This document shows positions 1 through 8,741 of a stretch of DNA of 50,493 nt, in pieces. The stretch spans positions 1-50,493 of the forward strand of contig JBPOGH010000024.1 of the NCBI GenBank assembly GCA_051252135.1, written 5' to 3'. The DNA is from Verrucomicrobiaceae bacterium (GTDB lineage: Bacteria; Verrucomicrobiota; Verrucomicrobiia; Verrucomicrobiales; Akkermansiaceae). A model generated the notes under the pieces. It was not told where the DNA came from, ran no database searches, and worked only from the letters and a program-made list of their open reading frames with translations. The position numbers were made by a program, and so were the translations under genes. How positions within the stretch are numbered: the first letter of the stretch is position 1; each line of letters opens with the position of its first letter.

Positions 1-2
1 CC

Positions 3-770
3 CTCCCCACCCACCCCGAACTCCTCGACTGGCTCTCCCGTGATCTCATCAGCAACAACTGGAGTACGAAACATCTCATAAAAACCATCGTCCTCTCCGC
101 CACCTACCGCCAGGACTCCTCCCTCACCCCCATCCTCCAGTCACGCGACATCGCCAATAGGCTCCTCGCCCGTGGCCCCGCCCACCGCCTCAGTGGCGAG
201 GCCATCCGTGATTCCGCCCTCCTCACCTCCGGACTCCTCTCCGAAAAACGCGGCGGGCCACCCGTCCGTCCCTACGACCCCATCCGGAACCCCAACCCTC
301 ACCTCGACCAGGTCCACCGCCGCTCCCTCTACACCTACTGGCGCCGCACCCGACCACAAAATAACATGATCATCTTCGACAAACCCTCCCTCGAGGTTTG
401 TTCCGTCAAACGCACCCGCACCAACAGCGCCGCCCAGGCCCTCGTCCTCCTCAACGACCCCCAATTCGTCGAAGCCGCCCGCCACCTCGCCACCACCCTT
501 CTCTCGGAGCAACCCGACGACACCTCACGCCTCAAGTCGGCCTGGAAAAAAATCACCTCCCTCGAACCCACCGATTCCCAGCTTAATCTTCTTCAGGAAA
601 TTCTCACCGAACAACGCGCCTACTTCAAAACCAAACCCGAAAGCGCCACCAAACTCCTCCACCACGGCCTCTCGCCCCTCCCCGCCGGCCTCGACCAAAC
701 AGAAGCCGCCGCTCTCGCCATCACCTGTCAGACCATCTACAATACGGATGCCGCCGTTTGGAAGCGCTAA
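3..770 (+). CDS. DUF1553 (PSD1) domain protein, C-terminal part; truncated by window start
   Basis: Frame 3 is open from base 3 into the 366..770 ORF and reads PTHPELLDWLS...WSTKHLIKTIVLSATYRQDS...RLSGEAIRDSAL...RRSLY...QALVLLNDPQFVEAAR, typical DUF1553 motifs. Confidence 0.88.
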   Translation, partial: LPTHPELLDWLSRDLISNNWSTKHLIKTIVLSATYRQDSSLTPILQSRDIANRLLARGPAHRLSGEAIRDSALLTSGLLSEKRGGPPVRPYDPIRNPNPHLDQVHRRSLYTYWRRTRPQNNMIIFDKPSLEVCSVKRTRTNSAAQALVLLNDPQFVEAARHLATTLLSEQPDDTSRLKSAWKKITSLEPTDSQLNLLQEILTEQRAYFKTKPESATKLLHHGLSPLPAGLDQTEAAALAITCQTIYNTDAAVWKR

Positions 771-790
771 CAGGCGGCTACGAAACCAAA

Positions 791-1516
791 ATGACGAAGA
801 TGCCAGAGACCAAAGTGATCTGTTTTGACTTGGGAAACACCTTGATCGAGTTCGGCCCCCGGCAGATCGCCATGCAATACCAGCGGCTCACCGGAAAGCT
901 CACGGAAATGTTCGGCACTTGCGATGCCGATAAGCTCAAGGAAATCCGCGACATCCAGATCGTCGCACCCTACCACGATCACTACCGCGAAAATGACGTC
1001 GAGCAGTGCTGCCGCGAGCTCATCGAGGGCATCTACCGCACCACCGCCACCGACGCCCAGGTCGAGGAACTCGCCGAGGAACGCTACCAAACCTTCATCA
1101 GCGTCATCGAATTGGCAGACAACATCCTCCCTCTCCTCAGCGACTTGGGAGCACGCTACCGCCTCGCCCTCCTCTCCAACTTTCCCTGCGGCCGCTCCAT
1201 TCGGGATGGCATCAAAAAATTGGGCATGACGCCGCACTTCGATGCCATCGTCGTCTCCGGAGAAATCGGCTGGGTCAAACCTGACCCGCGCCCTTACCAA
1301 TCCCTCTTGGATCAGCTTCAGGAAAAAGCGGAGAACTGCATCTACATCGGCGACAACTGGCTCGCCGATGTCCAGGGCGCCAAAGGCATCGGCATGAAGT
1401 CCATCCTCACCACCGAGCACCTCCCCTACGAGCGCTTTGACCCAAAGGAGGGAGACCACCAACCCGATGCCCAAATCGCTCACATCGAGGAACTCCGCAA
1501 CCTCCTCCTCTCCTAA
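791..1516 (+). CDS. HAD-superfamily hydrolase
   Basis: Motifs FDLGNTL, LSN, KPDP and YIGDNWLADVQGA; start placed at ATG 791 (ATG 800 also possible). Confidence 0.88.
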   Translation: MTKMPETKVICFDLGNTLIEFGPRQIAMQYQRLTGKLTEMFGTCDADKLKEIRDIQIVAPYHDHYRENDVEQCCRELIEGIYRTTATDAQVEELAEERYQTFISVIELADNILPLLSDLGARYRLALLSNFPCGRSIRDGIKKLGMTPHFDAIVVSGEIGWVKPDPRPYQSLLDQLQEKAENCIYIGDNWLADVQGAKGIGMKSILTTEHLPYERFDPKEGDHQPDAQIAHIEELRNLLLS

Positions 1517-1569
1517 TCCGGTTTCCCGCTCCCCAAAAATGTCCTCTCAGGACGTCGCCGCCCCCTCGG

Positions 1570-4044
1570 CTACCGCGAGCGAAATATCTCACTCGTCAAC
1601 GCTTCCACCACCAGGGTCCGCAAGCCCCCACCTTCCGCGTTCACTTTCGCCTGGATATCCCGAATCGTAAACTGGTCCACCGGCTCCATATGCCGCCCCG
1701 TCGCATGCGCCAGCAACGTCGCAATCAAATGCCGCTGAAACACTTCCGCCCGCGTCGACACCAAAATCTCCCTCAGCCCCGCAAAGCCATCAAAGGTCTC
1801 ACCCGATGGCATCTCGCCCGTCGCATCCACCGCCAGCGCCTTCGCCTTGCTGTTCGCCTTCGGATAACGGTCCCGCCACTTCCCAAGTTCATCAAACTCC
1901 TCCAGCCCAAACCCGGGCGGGTCGATATTCCGATGACAATCCGCACACGCACTCGAAGCCACATGCTTCTCCAGCCGCTCCCGCAAGGTCGTCGCTCCCC
2001 GCACATCCGGCTCAATCTCCGGCACCTCGTCCGGCGGTGGAGGAACCACCACACCCAAAATATTCTCCGAAACAAACACCCCGCGCGTCACCGGAGAAGT
2101 CTCCACCCCGTTCGCACTCACCGTCAGCACCGCCGCCATCCCCAACACCCCCCCCCGTCGCTTCCGGTCCTTCAGCGCTACCTTCCGAAAGCCATCCTTC
2201 AACCGCATCGTCTCCCCTTCCGGCATGCGATAATGCTTCGCCAAATACTTGTCCACGAAGGTGTAGTCCGCATCGAGCAACTCCAGCACCGGCCGATTCT
2301 CCTTCAACAAGTGCCCAAAGAAATGCCGCACCTCCCCCTTCATCGAAGCCGGCCAATTCTCCGCGTAATAACGCCGATTCCTCTCCCGCGGCGGCGGCAT
2401 CCCGCCCAAATCCCGAAGGTTCAGCCAACCATCCAAAAAGCTCTCCACAAACCCCTCCACCCGCGCATCCCCCAGCATCCTCTCCACCTGACCGCGCAGC
2501 ACCTCCACCTCATTCAACCGCCCCTCTTTTGCCAACCTCAAAAGCTCCTCATCCGGCGGCCCCGCCCATAACACATACGACAGCCGGGCCGCCAAATCGT
2601 AGGGCTTCAGCTCCGGCTTCTCTTCCGGCGTGATCTCACTCAAGTAAAAAAACGAGGGCGAACAGAGCACCATCTTCACCACATCAAGCGCCGCCTGCCG
2701 CGCCGTCGCACCCTCCGTCAGCCGCTTCTCGTAAAAACTCTCCAGCCGCTCCCGGTCCGCCCCATCAAGCGGCCTCCGAAAAGCCCGCTCCGCAAATCTC
2801 CCCAGTTGCTCCAGCGCCTTCTTCTCATCAAAGCCACCCTCCCCAAAAACCGCTCTCTCTTCCAAACTCCCGCCCACTTCCCGCAACGGCCCATGCACCT
2901 TAATCTCGGAAATCCGAATATGCGGCAGCTTCCCTTCCCGCAGAATCGCCGCCCGACTCACGTCCCGACTCGGATTCTTAAATTCCTCTTTGTAGCGCTT
3001 GTTGATCTGGATAATCGAAGCCCGTGACTCAAACGGCCCGTTCGGAAAGATAAACCGCGGCGTCTGCCCCTTCTCCAGCCACACCCGGAACTTCACCCAC
3101 TCCGGCTTGTCATCCGGCACAACCGATGTCGCCAGCACCGGCTCAATCCGCTGCGGATAATGAATGTGCCCCTTCGTCGCATCCCCCGGCACCACCCCCA
3201 AGACAAACGGCTCACTCAAATCGATCCCGAAAATCTTGGGATCATAATGCGTGTCCCGATGCATCCCCTGCACCAGCACCTCCAAATCATAAAGCCCCGA
3301 CACCGGAACCCCCTCCAGAAATTCCTCAATGTGCCCGTAGCTCCCCTGCCGTGTATCCGTATCCGGCTGCTCGTAGATACAGAGAAACTTGTTCTTCAAG
3401 ACATCCCGATGACTCCCGCTCAACTCTTCATACTGTCTGAAATTCTCGGTAAAATGCCACCGCTTCGGCTCCATCTCCTGCTTCCCCAGCCGGTTCTCCA
3501 CCAGCCGCTGCGCCGATTGAAAATACTGATCTAACAGAAACCCCGAAGTCACCAGACTCTCTCCCACCGTGTCCAGATGATGACTCGTCTTCTCCTTCGG
3601 AAAATCCAACGTCAGTCCCAGCGTGTCCACCCTCCGCCCAAACAACACCTCCACCGTATTTTCATACTCACGGTCCGACAACCGACGCATCACCGTCTTC
3701 CCCCCGTTGCTCTTAAACCGGCTCCGCGCATCCGCCACCTCCCCGCGCAAGGCCCGAAGCACTGCCAGCCGCTCCGCATCCTCCGGCTGCTCCTTCTTCT
3801 TCGGCGGCATCTCCTTCAGCGTCACCTGATCGATGATCTCCTGCGCCATGATCAGGTCCTGAAGATTCACCAACGGAATGTTCAGACTCTCAAACTCCCG
3901 ATCCCCCTTCTGCGTCCCCGAGTCGTGACACTCGTAACAATGGTAATCCAAAAAATCGACAATCACTTCCTTCGGACTCACCTCCTGGGCCCAACCCATC
4001 GGACAGCCCAAAGCCACCCCCAACAAAAAAGCGGCCTTCCTCAT
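1570..4044 (-). CDS. DUF1592/DUF1588 family protein with planctomycete cytochrome c domain
   Basis: Signal peptide at MRKAAFLLGVALG (ATG 4044); CYECH and CADCH heme motifs; RRLSDREYENTV, LAARLSYVLWAGPPDEELL, TSPVTRG; directly downstream of a DUF1552 gene. Confidence 0.88.
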   Translation of the reverse strand: MRKAAFLLGVALGCPMGWAQEVSPKEVIVDFLDYHCYECHDSGTQKGDREFESLNIPLVNLQDLIMAQEIIDQVTLKEMPPKKKEQPEDAERLAVLRALRGEVADARSRFKSNGGKTVMRRLSDREYENTVEVLFGRRVDTLGLTLDFPKEKTSHHLDTVGESLVTSGFLLDQYFQSAQRLVENRLGKQEMEPKRWHFTENFRQYEELSGSHRDVLKNKFLCIYEQPDTDTRQGSYGHIEEFLEGVPVSGLYDLEVLVQGMHRDTHYDPKIFGIDLSEPFVLGVVPGDATKGHIHYPQRIEPVLATSVVPDDKPEWVKFRVWLEKGQTPRFIFPNGPFESRASIIQINKRYKEEFKNPSRDVSRAAILREGKLPHIRISEIKVHGPLREVGGSLEERAVFGEGGFDEKKALEQLGRFAERAFRRPLDGADRERLESFYEKRLTEGATARQAALDVVKMVLCSPSFFYLSEITPEEKPELKPYDLAARLSYVLWAGPPDEELLRLAKEGRLNEVEVLRGQVERMLGDARVEGFVESFLDGWLNLRDLGGMPPPRERNRRYYAENWPASMKGEVRHFFGHLLKENRPVLELLDADYTFVDKYLAKHYRMPEGETMRLKDGFRKVALKDRKRRGGVLGMAAVLTVSANGVETSPVTRGVFVSENILGVVVPPPPDEVPEIEPDVRGATTLRERLEKHVASSACADCHRNIDPPGFGLEEFDELGKWRDRYPKANSKAKALAVDATGEMPSGETFDGFAGLREILVSTRAEVFQRHLIATLLAHATGRHMEPVDQFTIRDIQAKVNAEGGGLRTLVVEALTSEIFRSR

Positions 4045-4051
4045 CTCTCGC

Positions 4052-5335
4052 TTAGGAAAACGTTCCCGTGCTGTTGCCAAACGATTCCGTCTCCACCCCC
4101 ATCCGCTGGGCCACATCAACAAAGAGGTTACAAAGCGGAACCTTCTTGATCCCCTGCGACTCCACTTTCTTGAACTCCCCATGACGATACCCGCCTCCCG
4201 CCAGCAACACCGGCAGGTCCGAGTTCTTGTGCGAGTTCGCATCGCCAATCCCGCTCCCAAAGAGCACCGAAGTCGAATCCAGCATCGTCCCCTCACCATC
4301 CTGCACCGATGACAGCTTGTTCAGGAACTTCCCAAAGTGCTCGATCTGGTAAGTCTCCAGGGCCAACAAATTCGCAATCGCATCCTCCTTGTTCCCGTGG
4401 TGGGACAAACCGTGATACGACTTATCAATCCCCAGATGCTGCGGCAGAAAGCACCCGCCAATCTCCAGCGTCGCAATCCGCGTCGAGTCCGTCTGCAGCG
4501 CCAGCGCAATCAGCTCATAGAGCATCGGCAAATCCTCCACCGTGTTCGCATTCGCCGGCTTGTCAAAGGGCGCATCCGGCTTTGGCTGGTCCGCCCACTG
4601 GCGGCGCAACTCCAGCCGCTTCTCCACATCACGAATCGACGTGAAATACTCATCCAGCTTCTCGCGATCCTCGCGGTTCACCCTCTTCGAAAGCCCCTTC
4701 GCCTCCTCATTGATCGCATCCAGAATCGACCCCTGCAGACCATTCTCCTGAACCAGTTCCTTCCGCCGCTCAGCCGACTCCGTCGCGAACAAACGATCAA
4801 AAAGCTCCGCCGGATTCGTAATCGGCGGCACCCGCACGCCCGACCGCGTCCACGACAACTGGCACCCGCCATGAATCCCGCCTTCGGAACCCACCGTCAG
4901 CGAGGGAAAACGCGTCTGGGATCCAACCTGCTCCGCCAAATATTGATCCAGCGTCACATTGCCATCCTCCCGGTCCTTCGCCTCGGAATGAAGCACCCCG
5001 GATAAAAACGAATGCACCGCAAAGTGCCCCCCCTTGATCCCGTGATCCAAGCCCCGATAAACTGTCATCTGCTCCCGCATCCCTTCCAGCGGCTTCAGCA
5101 ACCGCGTCGACTCATACCCCTTTCCCGCCAATTCCGGAAAAAGACTCTTCGTTTGAAAACCCAACAAATTCCCCACTGCCACAAACCTCTTCGCCCCAAT
5201 CCCCGCACCCGCCGTCGCCTGCACCGTCGCCAAGGAATCCGCCGTCTTCGCCAAAAGCGATGACAACCCTGGCAACGCAAGCGTCGCTCCCGCAGTCCTC
5301 AACAAAAAACGACGTCGATCCATCAGAGGTTTCAT
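4052..5335 (-). CDS. DUF1552 domain protein (Tat-type N-terminus)
   Basis: DRRRFLL twin-arginine-like leader; TLDQYLA, LALQTDSTRIAT, YHGLSHH, PVLLAGG; usual partner of DUF1592. Confidence 0.88.
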   Translation of the reverse strand: MKPLMDRRRFLLRTAGATLALPGLSSLLAKTADSLATVQATAGAGIGAKRFVAVGNLLGFQTKSLFPELAGKGYESTRLLKPLEGMREQMTVYRGLDHGIKGGHFAVHSFLSGVLHSEAKDREDGNVTLDQYLAEQVGSQTRFPSLTVGSEGGIHGGCQLSWTRSGVRVPPITNPAELFDRLFATESAERRKELVQENGLQGSILDAINEEAKGLSKRVNREDREKLDEYFTSIRDVEKRLELRRQWADQPKPDAPFDKPANANTVEDLPMLYELIALALQTDSTRIATLEIGGCFLPQHLGIDKSYHGLSHHGNKEDAIANLLALETYQIEHFGKFLNKLSSVQDGEGTMLDSTSVLFGSGIGDANSHKNSDLPVLLAGGGYRHGEFKKVESQGIKKVPLCNLFVDVAQRMGVETESFGNSTGTFS

Positions 5336-5480
5336 AAGTATCATCACGGGAAAACCCGCTCCCCTGTAAACGTAAACCCCACCAAAAGGCTTTCAACAAC
5401 CTCCAACCCAAATTCCCCCCATTTTCCTGTAAAACCCGCCTCGCATTCTCCGTAAATTGTCATACAGTTTTTCCAATCCG

Positions 5481-6956
5481 ATGATCCTTCCTCCTTCAGA
5501 CCCATTTACCGTCAACCGACGCCACTTCTTCAAGAAGTCCACCACCGGCATCGGCGGCATGGCCCTCGCCTCCATGATGGCAAAAGGCGCAGGCGAAAAT
5601 CTCGGAGGCATCCTCGGCGGACCCCAGATCGCCCCCAAGGCCAAGCGCGTCATCTACCTCTTCCAGTCCGGCGGACCCTCCCAGTTCGAGCTCTTCGATA
5701 ACAAACCCCACCTCCGCGAAAACCACGGCGTCGAACTCCCCAAGGAGGCCCGCGGTCGCGAGACCGGGATGTCCTCGAACCAATCCTCCATCCCCATGGC
5801 CGGTTCCGTCTGCACCAGCTTCGGACGCTACGGAAAAAGCGGACAGGAAATGTCGGACTTCATCCCCTGGCATCACAAGATCGCCGATGACATCTGCATC
5901 ATGCGGAACGTCTACACCGACGCCATCAATCACGACCCCGCCATCACCTTCATCCAGACCGGCGCCCAGATCGCCGGACGCCCCTGCCTCGGCTCCTGGC
6001 TCTCCTACGGCCTCGGCACCGATAACTCCGACCTCCCGAACTTCATCGTCATGGTCAGTAAAAATGGCGGAGGACAACCCCTCTACTCCCGCCTCTGGGG
6101 ATCCGGATTCCTCGACTCCCGCCACCAGGGCATGCAGTTCCTCGCCGGAAAAGACCGCGTCCTCTACCTCTCCAATCCCGAGGGCGTCAGCGCCAAAAGC
6201 CGACGCTCCATGCTCAACAAACTCAACGAACTCAACCGCGAAGCCTTCGAAAAGGAACTCGACCCCGAGATCGAATCCCGCATCGCCCAATACGAGATGG
6301 CCTACCGCATGCAATCCAGCGTGCCGGAAGTCTCAAATATCGACAACGAACCCCAGTCCACCTGGGACCTCTACGGCGAGGAAGCCAAGGACCCCGGCAC
6401 CTACGCCGCCAACTGCCTCCAGGCCCGTCGCCTCGCCGAGCGCGGAGTTCAGTTCATCCAACTCTACCACCAGGGCTGGGACGCCCACGGCGGTCTCCCC
6501 GGCTCCATGAAGGACCGCTGCGCCAAGACCGACCGCGCCTCCGCCGCCCTCGTCATGGACCTCAAGCAACGCGGCCTCCTCGACGACACCCTCGTCATCT
6601 GGGGCGGAGAATTCGGACGCACCGCCTACTCCCAGGGAACCCTCACCAAGACCAACTACGGTCGCGACCACCACCAGGACTGCTTCTCCATGTGGATGGC
6701 CGGCGGCGGAATCAAAGGCGGCATCACCGTTGGTCATACCGATAAATACGGCGCAAAAATCGTCAATGCCGACGGCGTCCCCGTCACCCCCGACAAGCAT
6801 CACTACACCCCCGATGCCATCCACATTCACGACCTCCAGGCCACCATCCTGCACCAGCTCGGAATCGACCACGAACAACTCAGCTACAAGTTCCAGGGCC
6901 GCCGCTTCCGCCTCACCGATGTCCACGGAAAGGTCGTTAAACATATCCTCGCCTAG
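5481..6956 (+). CDS. DUF1501 domain protein
   Basis: NRRHFF leader; AKRVIYLFQSGGPSQ, ARRLAERGVQFIQLYHQGWDAH, LVIWGGEFGRT, GRDHH, FRLTDVHG. Confidence 0.9.
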   Translation: MILPPSDPFTVNRRHFFKKSTTGIGGMALASMMAKGAGENLGGILGGPQIAPKAKRVIYLFQSGGPSQFELFDNKPHLRENHGVELPKEARGRETGMSSNQSSIPMAGSVCTSFGRYGKSGQEMSDFIPWHHKIADDICIMRNVYTDAINHDPAITFIQTGAQIAGRPCLGSWLSYGLGTDNSDLPNFIVMVSKNGGGQPLYSRLWGSGFLDSRHQGMQFLAGKDRVLYLSNPEGVSAKSRRSMLNKLNELNREAFEKELDPEIESRIAQYEMAYRMQSSVPEVSNIDNEPQSTWDLYGEEAKDPGTYAANCLQARRLAERGVQFIQLYHQGWDAHGGLPGSMKDRCAKTDRASAALVMDLKQRGLLDDTLVIWGGEFGRTAYSQGTLTKTNYGRDHHQDCFSMWMAGGGIKGGITVGHTDKYGAKIVNADGVPVTPDKHHYTPDAIHIHDLQATILHQLGIDHEQLSYKFQGRRFRLTDVHGKVVKHILA

Positions 6957-7169
6957 GGAAGCGCTGATTAAAGAGGGAGTGCGCTGCTGCAAGTCATTTT
7001 GCAGTCTGGCAAGGCGCGAAGGGTGACGCTGATGATCAGCGGCTCCCTGAGCAACGCCGCCAGAATCCAAAAGGGCTGCAGCCCCTGTCACCTCGGAAGC
7101 GAAGCTTCCCTGGCTAGAAAATCCTTTAAACATTTCAGCGTGCTTCATCTTTAATCAGTGCTTCCCTAG
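6953..7169. mobile_element. MITE-like non-autonomous element (217 bp including both CTAG ends)
   Basis: Terminal inverted repeats CTAGGGAAGCGCTGATTAAAGA (6953-6974) and TCTTTAATCAGTGCTTCCCTAG (7148-7169), 21/22 match, extending imperfectly to about 34 bp; no credible CDS inside; lacks the host C-skew. Confidence 0.75.
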
Positions 7170-7196
7170 CTTCCCCATCTCTCGTAAATCGCCCCC

Positions 7197-7541
7197 ATGA
7201 GCGACATCCCTCCCTGCCCCGAGTGCCAGTCGGAATACACCTACGAGAACGGCCCCCTCTTCGCTTGCCCCGATTGCGCCCACGAATGGTCCGCCGAGGA
7301 AGCCGCCGCCGAAGCAGAAGCCAGCATCCTCAAGGACGCCCACGGTAACGCCCTTGAAAACGGCGACACCGTCCAGCTCACCAAAGACCTCAAGGTCAAA
7401 GGCACTTCCACCACCCTCAAGATCGGCACCAAGGTCAAAAACATCCGCCTCTCCCCCGGCTCCGATCACGATATCGACTGCAAGGTCGACGGCATCGGCC
7501 CCATGAAGCTCAAATCACAGTTCGTGAAAAAGCTCACCTAA
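7197..7541 (+). CDS. yjdM: Zinc-ribbon domain protein YjdM/PhnA
   Basis: [10 protein letters not shown]...CPDCAHEW zinc ribbon; [32 protein letters not shown]. Confidence 0.92.
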   Translation: MSDIPPCPECQSEYTYENGPLFACPDCAHEWSAEEAAAEAEASILKDAHGNALENGDTVQLTKDLKVKGTSTTLKIGTKVKNIRLSPGSDHDIDCKVDGIGPMKLKSQFVKKLT

Positions 7542-7545
7542 CACA

Positions 7546-7633
7546 ACTCCCCAAGGGCCAAAGGCCCGCCATATACCAGCCCAGAGCAACGCCCTGGGAT
7601 TCCAGCCACGGAGAATCAAGGGCAAGCCCGGCA
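7546..7633. repeat. REP-like palindromic intergenic repeat, family A, copy 1
   Basis: 53-bp core with 4 mismatches to 39024-39076; hairpins GGGCC-AAA-GGCCC and CCCAGAGC-AAC-GCCCTGGG; shared downstream GCAAGCCCGGCA. Confidence 0.75.
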
Positions 7634-7716
7634 TCCCGCAGCAACAAAACACCCACCCGCAACCCTCTCCCAATACCCCGCCTCACCCCCCCTCCAACGG
7701 TGCCCCCGCAAATCAC

Positions 7717-8664
7717 CTACACGTGCTCCTTCATGTAATCCTTCTCTCCGTCAATCTCGTTCGAGGCACAAAAAACGATCTTCGGATCCGGCGGCGTCAA
7801 CTCGGGATCACGCCCCGGATAATCCAGCGAATACAAAAAATGTCGCAGACAATTGATCCGCGCCCGCTTCTTGTCATCTGACTTGACCACCGTCCACGGC
7901 GCATCCGCCGTGTGGGTGTGGAAAAACATCGCCTCCTTCGCCTCCGTGTAGTCGTCCCACAAATCCCGTGATTCCATATCAATATCGCTCAACTTCCACT
8001 GCTTGAGCGGATCGGTCTTTCGCCCGTGAAACCGCCGCAGCTGCTCCAGATGACTCACCGAGCACCAATACTTGAAAAGGTGAATCCCGCTGTTCACGAA
8101 CATCCTCTCCAGCAAGGGACACTGCCGCAAAAATTCCAGATATTCCGCATGCGTGCAAAAACCCATCACCTTCTCCACCCCGGACCGGTTGTACCACGAG
8201 CGATCAAAAAACACCATCTCCCCCTGGGTCGGCAAATGCTCAATGTAACGCTGAAAAAACCACTGCCCCTTCTCCTTGTCCGTGGGTGACTCCAGCGCCA
8301 CCACATGCGCCGCCCGCGGATCCAGATGCTCCACAAAACGCGTCAATGTCCCCCCTTTTCCCGCCGCATCCCGTCCTTCAAATAAAGTCACCAACTGCTT
8401 CCCACTCGTCTTCACCCAGTGCTGCACCTTCAGCAACTCGGTCTGAAGCTTTCGCTTCTCTTCCGCATACTCGGAATTGGGCATCTTTTCCCGATAAGGA
8501 TAGACCCCCTGCTCAAAGGCCACCTCCAGCGCCACCTTGTTGCTCAACTTCTTCTGCACGTCGTCCGGTTGCGCATCCAACAGCTCCCGAAGGTCCTCAA
8601 ACTCTGGCTCCAATTTTACTTCAACCGGAATTACCACCTCATCTTCTGGATTGCTCGTAACCAC
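7717..8664 (-). CDS. ppk2: Polyphosphate kinase 2
   Basis: FEGRDAAGKGG P-loop, FFDRSWYNRSGVEKVMGFC, DPLKQWKLS, APWTVVKSDDKKRARIN. Confidence 0.95.
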   Translation of the reverse strand: MVTSNPEDEVVIPVEVKLEPEFEDLRELLDAQPDDVQKKLSNKVALEVAFEQGVYPYREKMPNSEYAEEKRKLQTELLKVQHWVKTSGKQLVTLFEGRDAAGKGGTLTRFVEHLDPRAAHVVALESPTDKEKGQWFFQRYIEHLPTQGEMVFFDRSWYNRSGVEKVMGFCTHAEYLEFLRQCPLLERMFVNSGIHLFKYWCSVSHLEQLRRFHGRKTDPLKQWKLSDIDMESRDLWDDYTEAKEAMFFHTHTADAPWTVVKSDDKKRARINCLRHFLYSLDYPGRDPELTPPDPKIVFCASNEIDGEKDYMKEHV

Positions 8665-8741
8665 ACTTTGGATACACCAAATTCCAGCCCCTCTTGAAAG
8701 GCTAGAATAGGGATTCCGACAAAGGAAATAGCGCTAAACAA

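Noticed and set aside
4045..4299. N-terminal extension of the 909-aa ORF
   Set aside because: It overlaps the DUF1552 gene in another frame; the signal peptide starts at ATG 4044.
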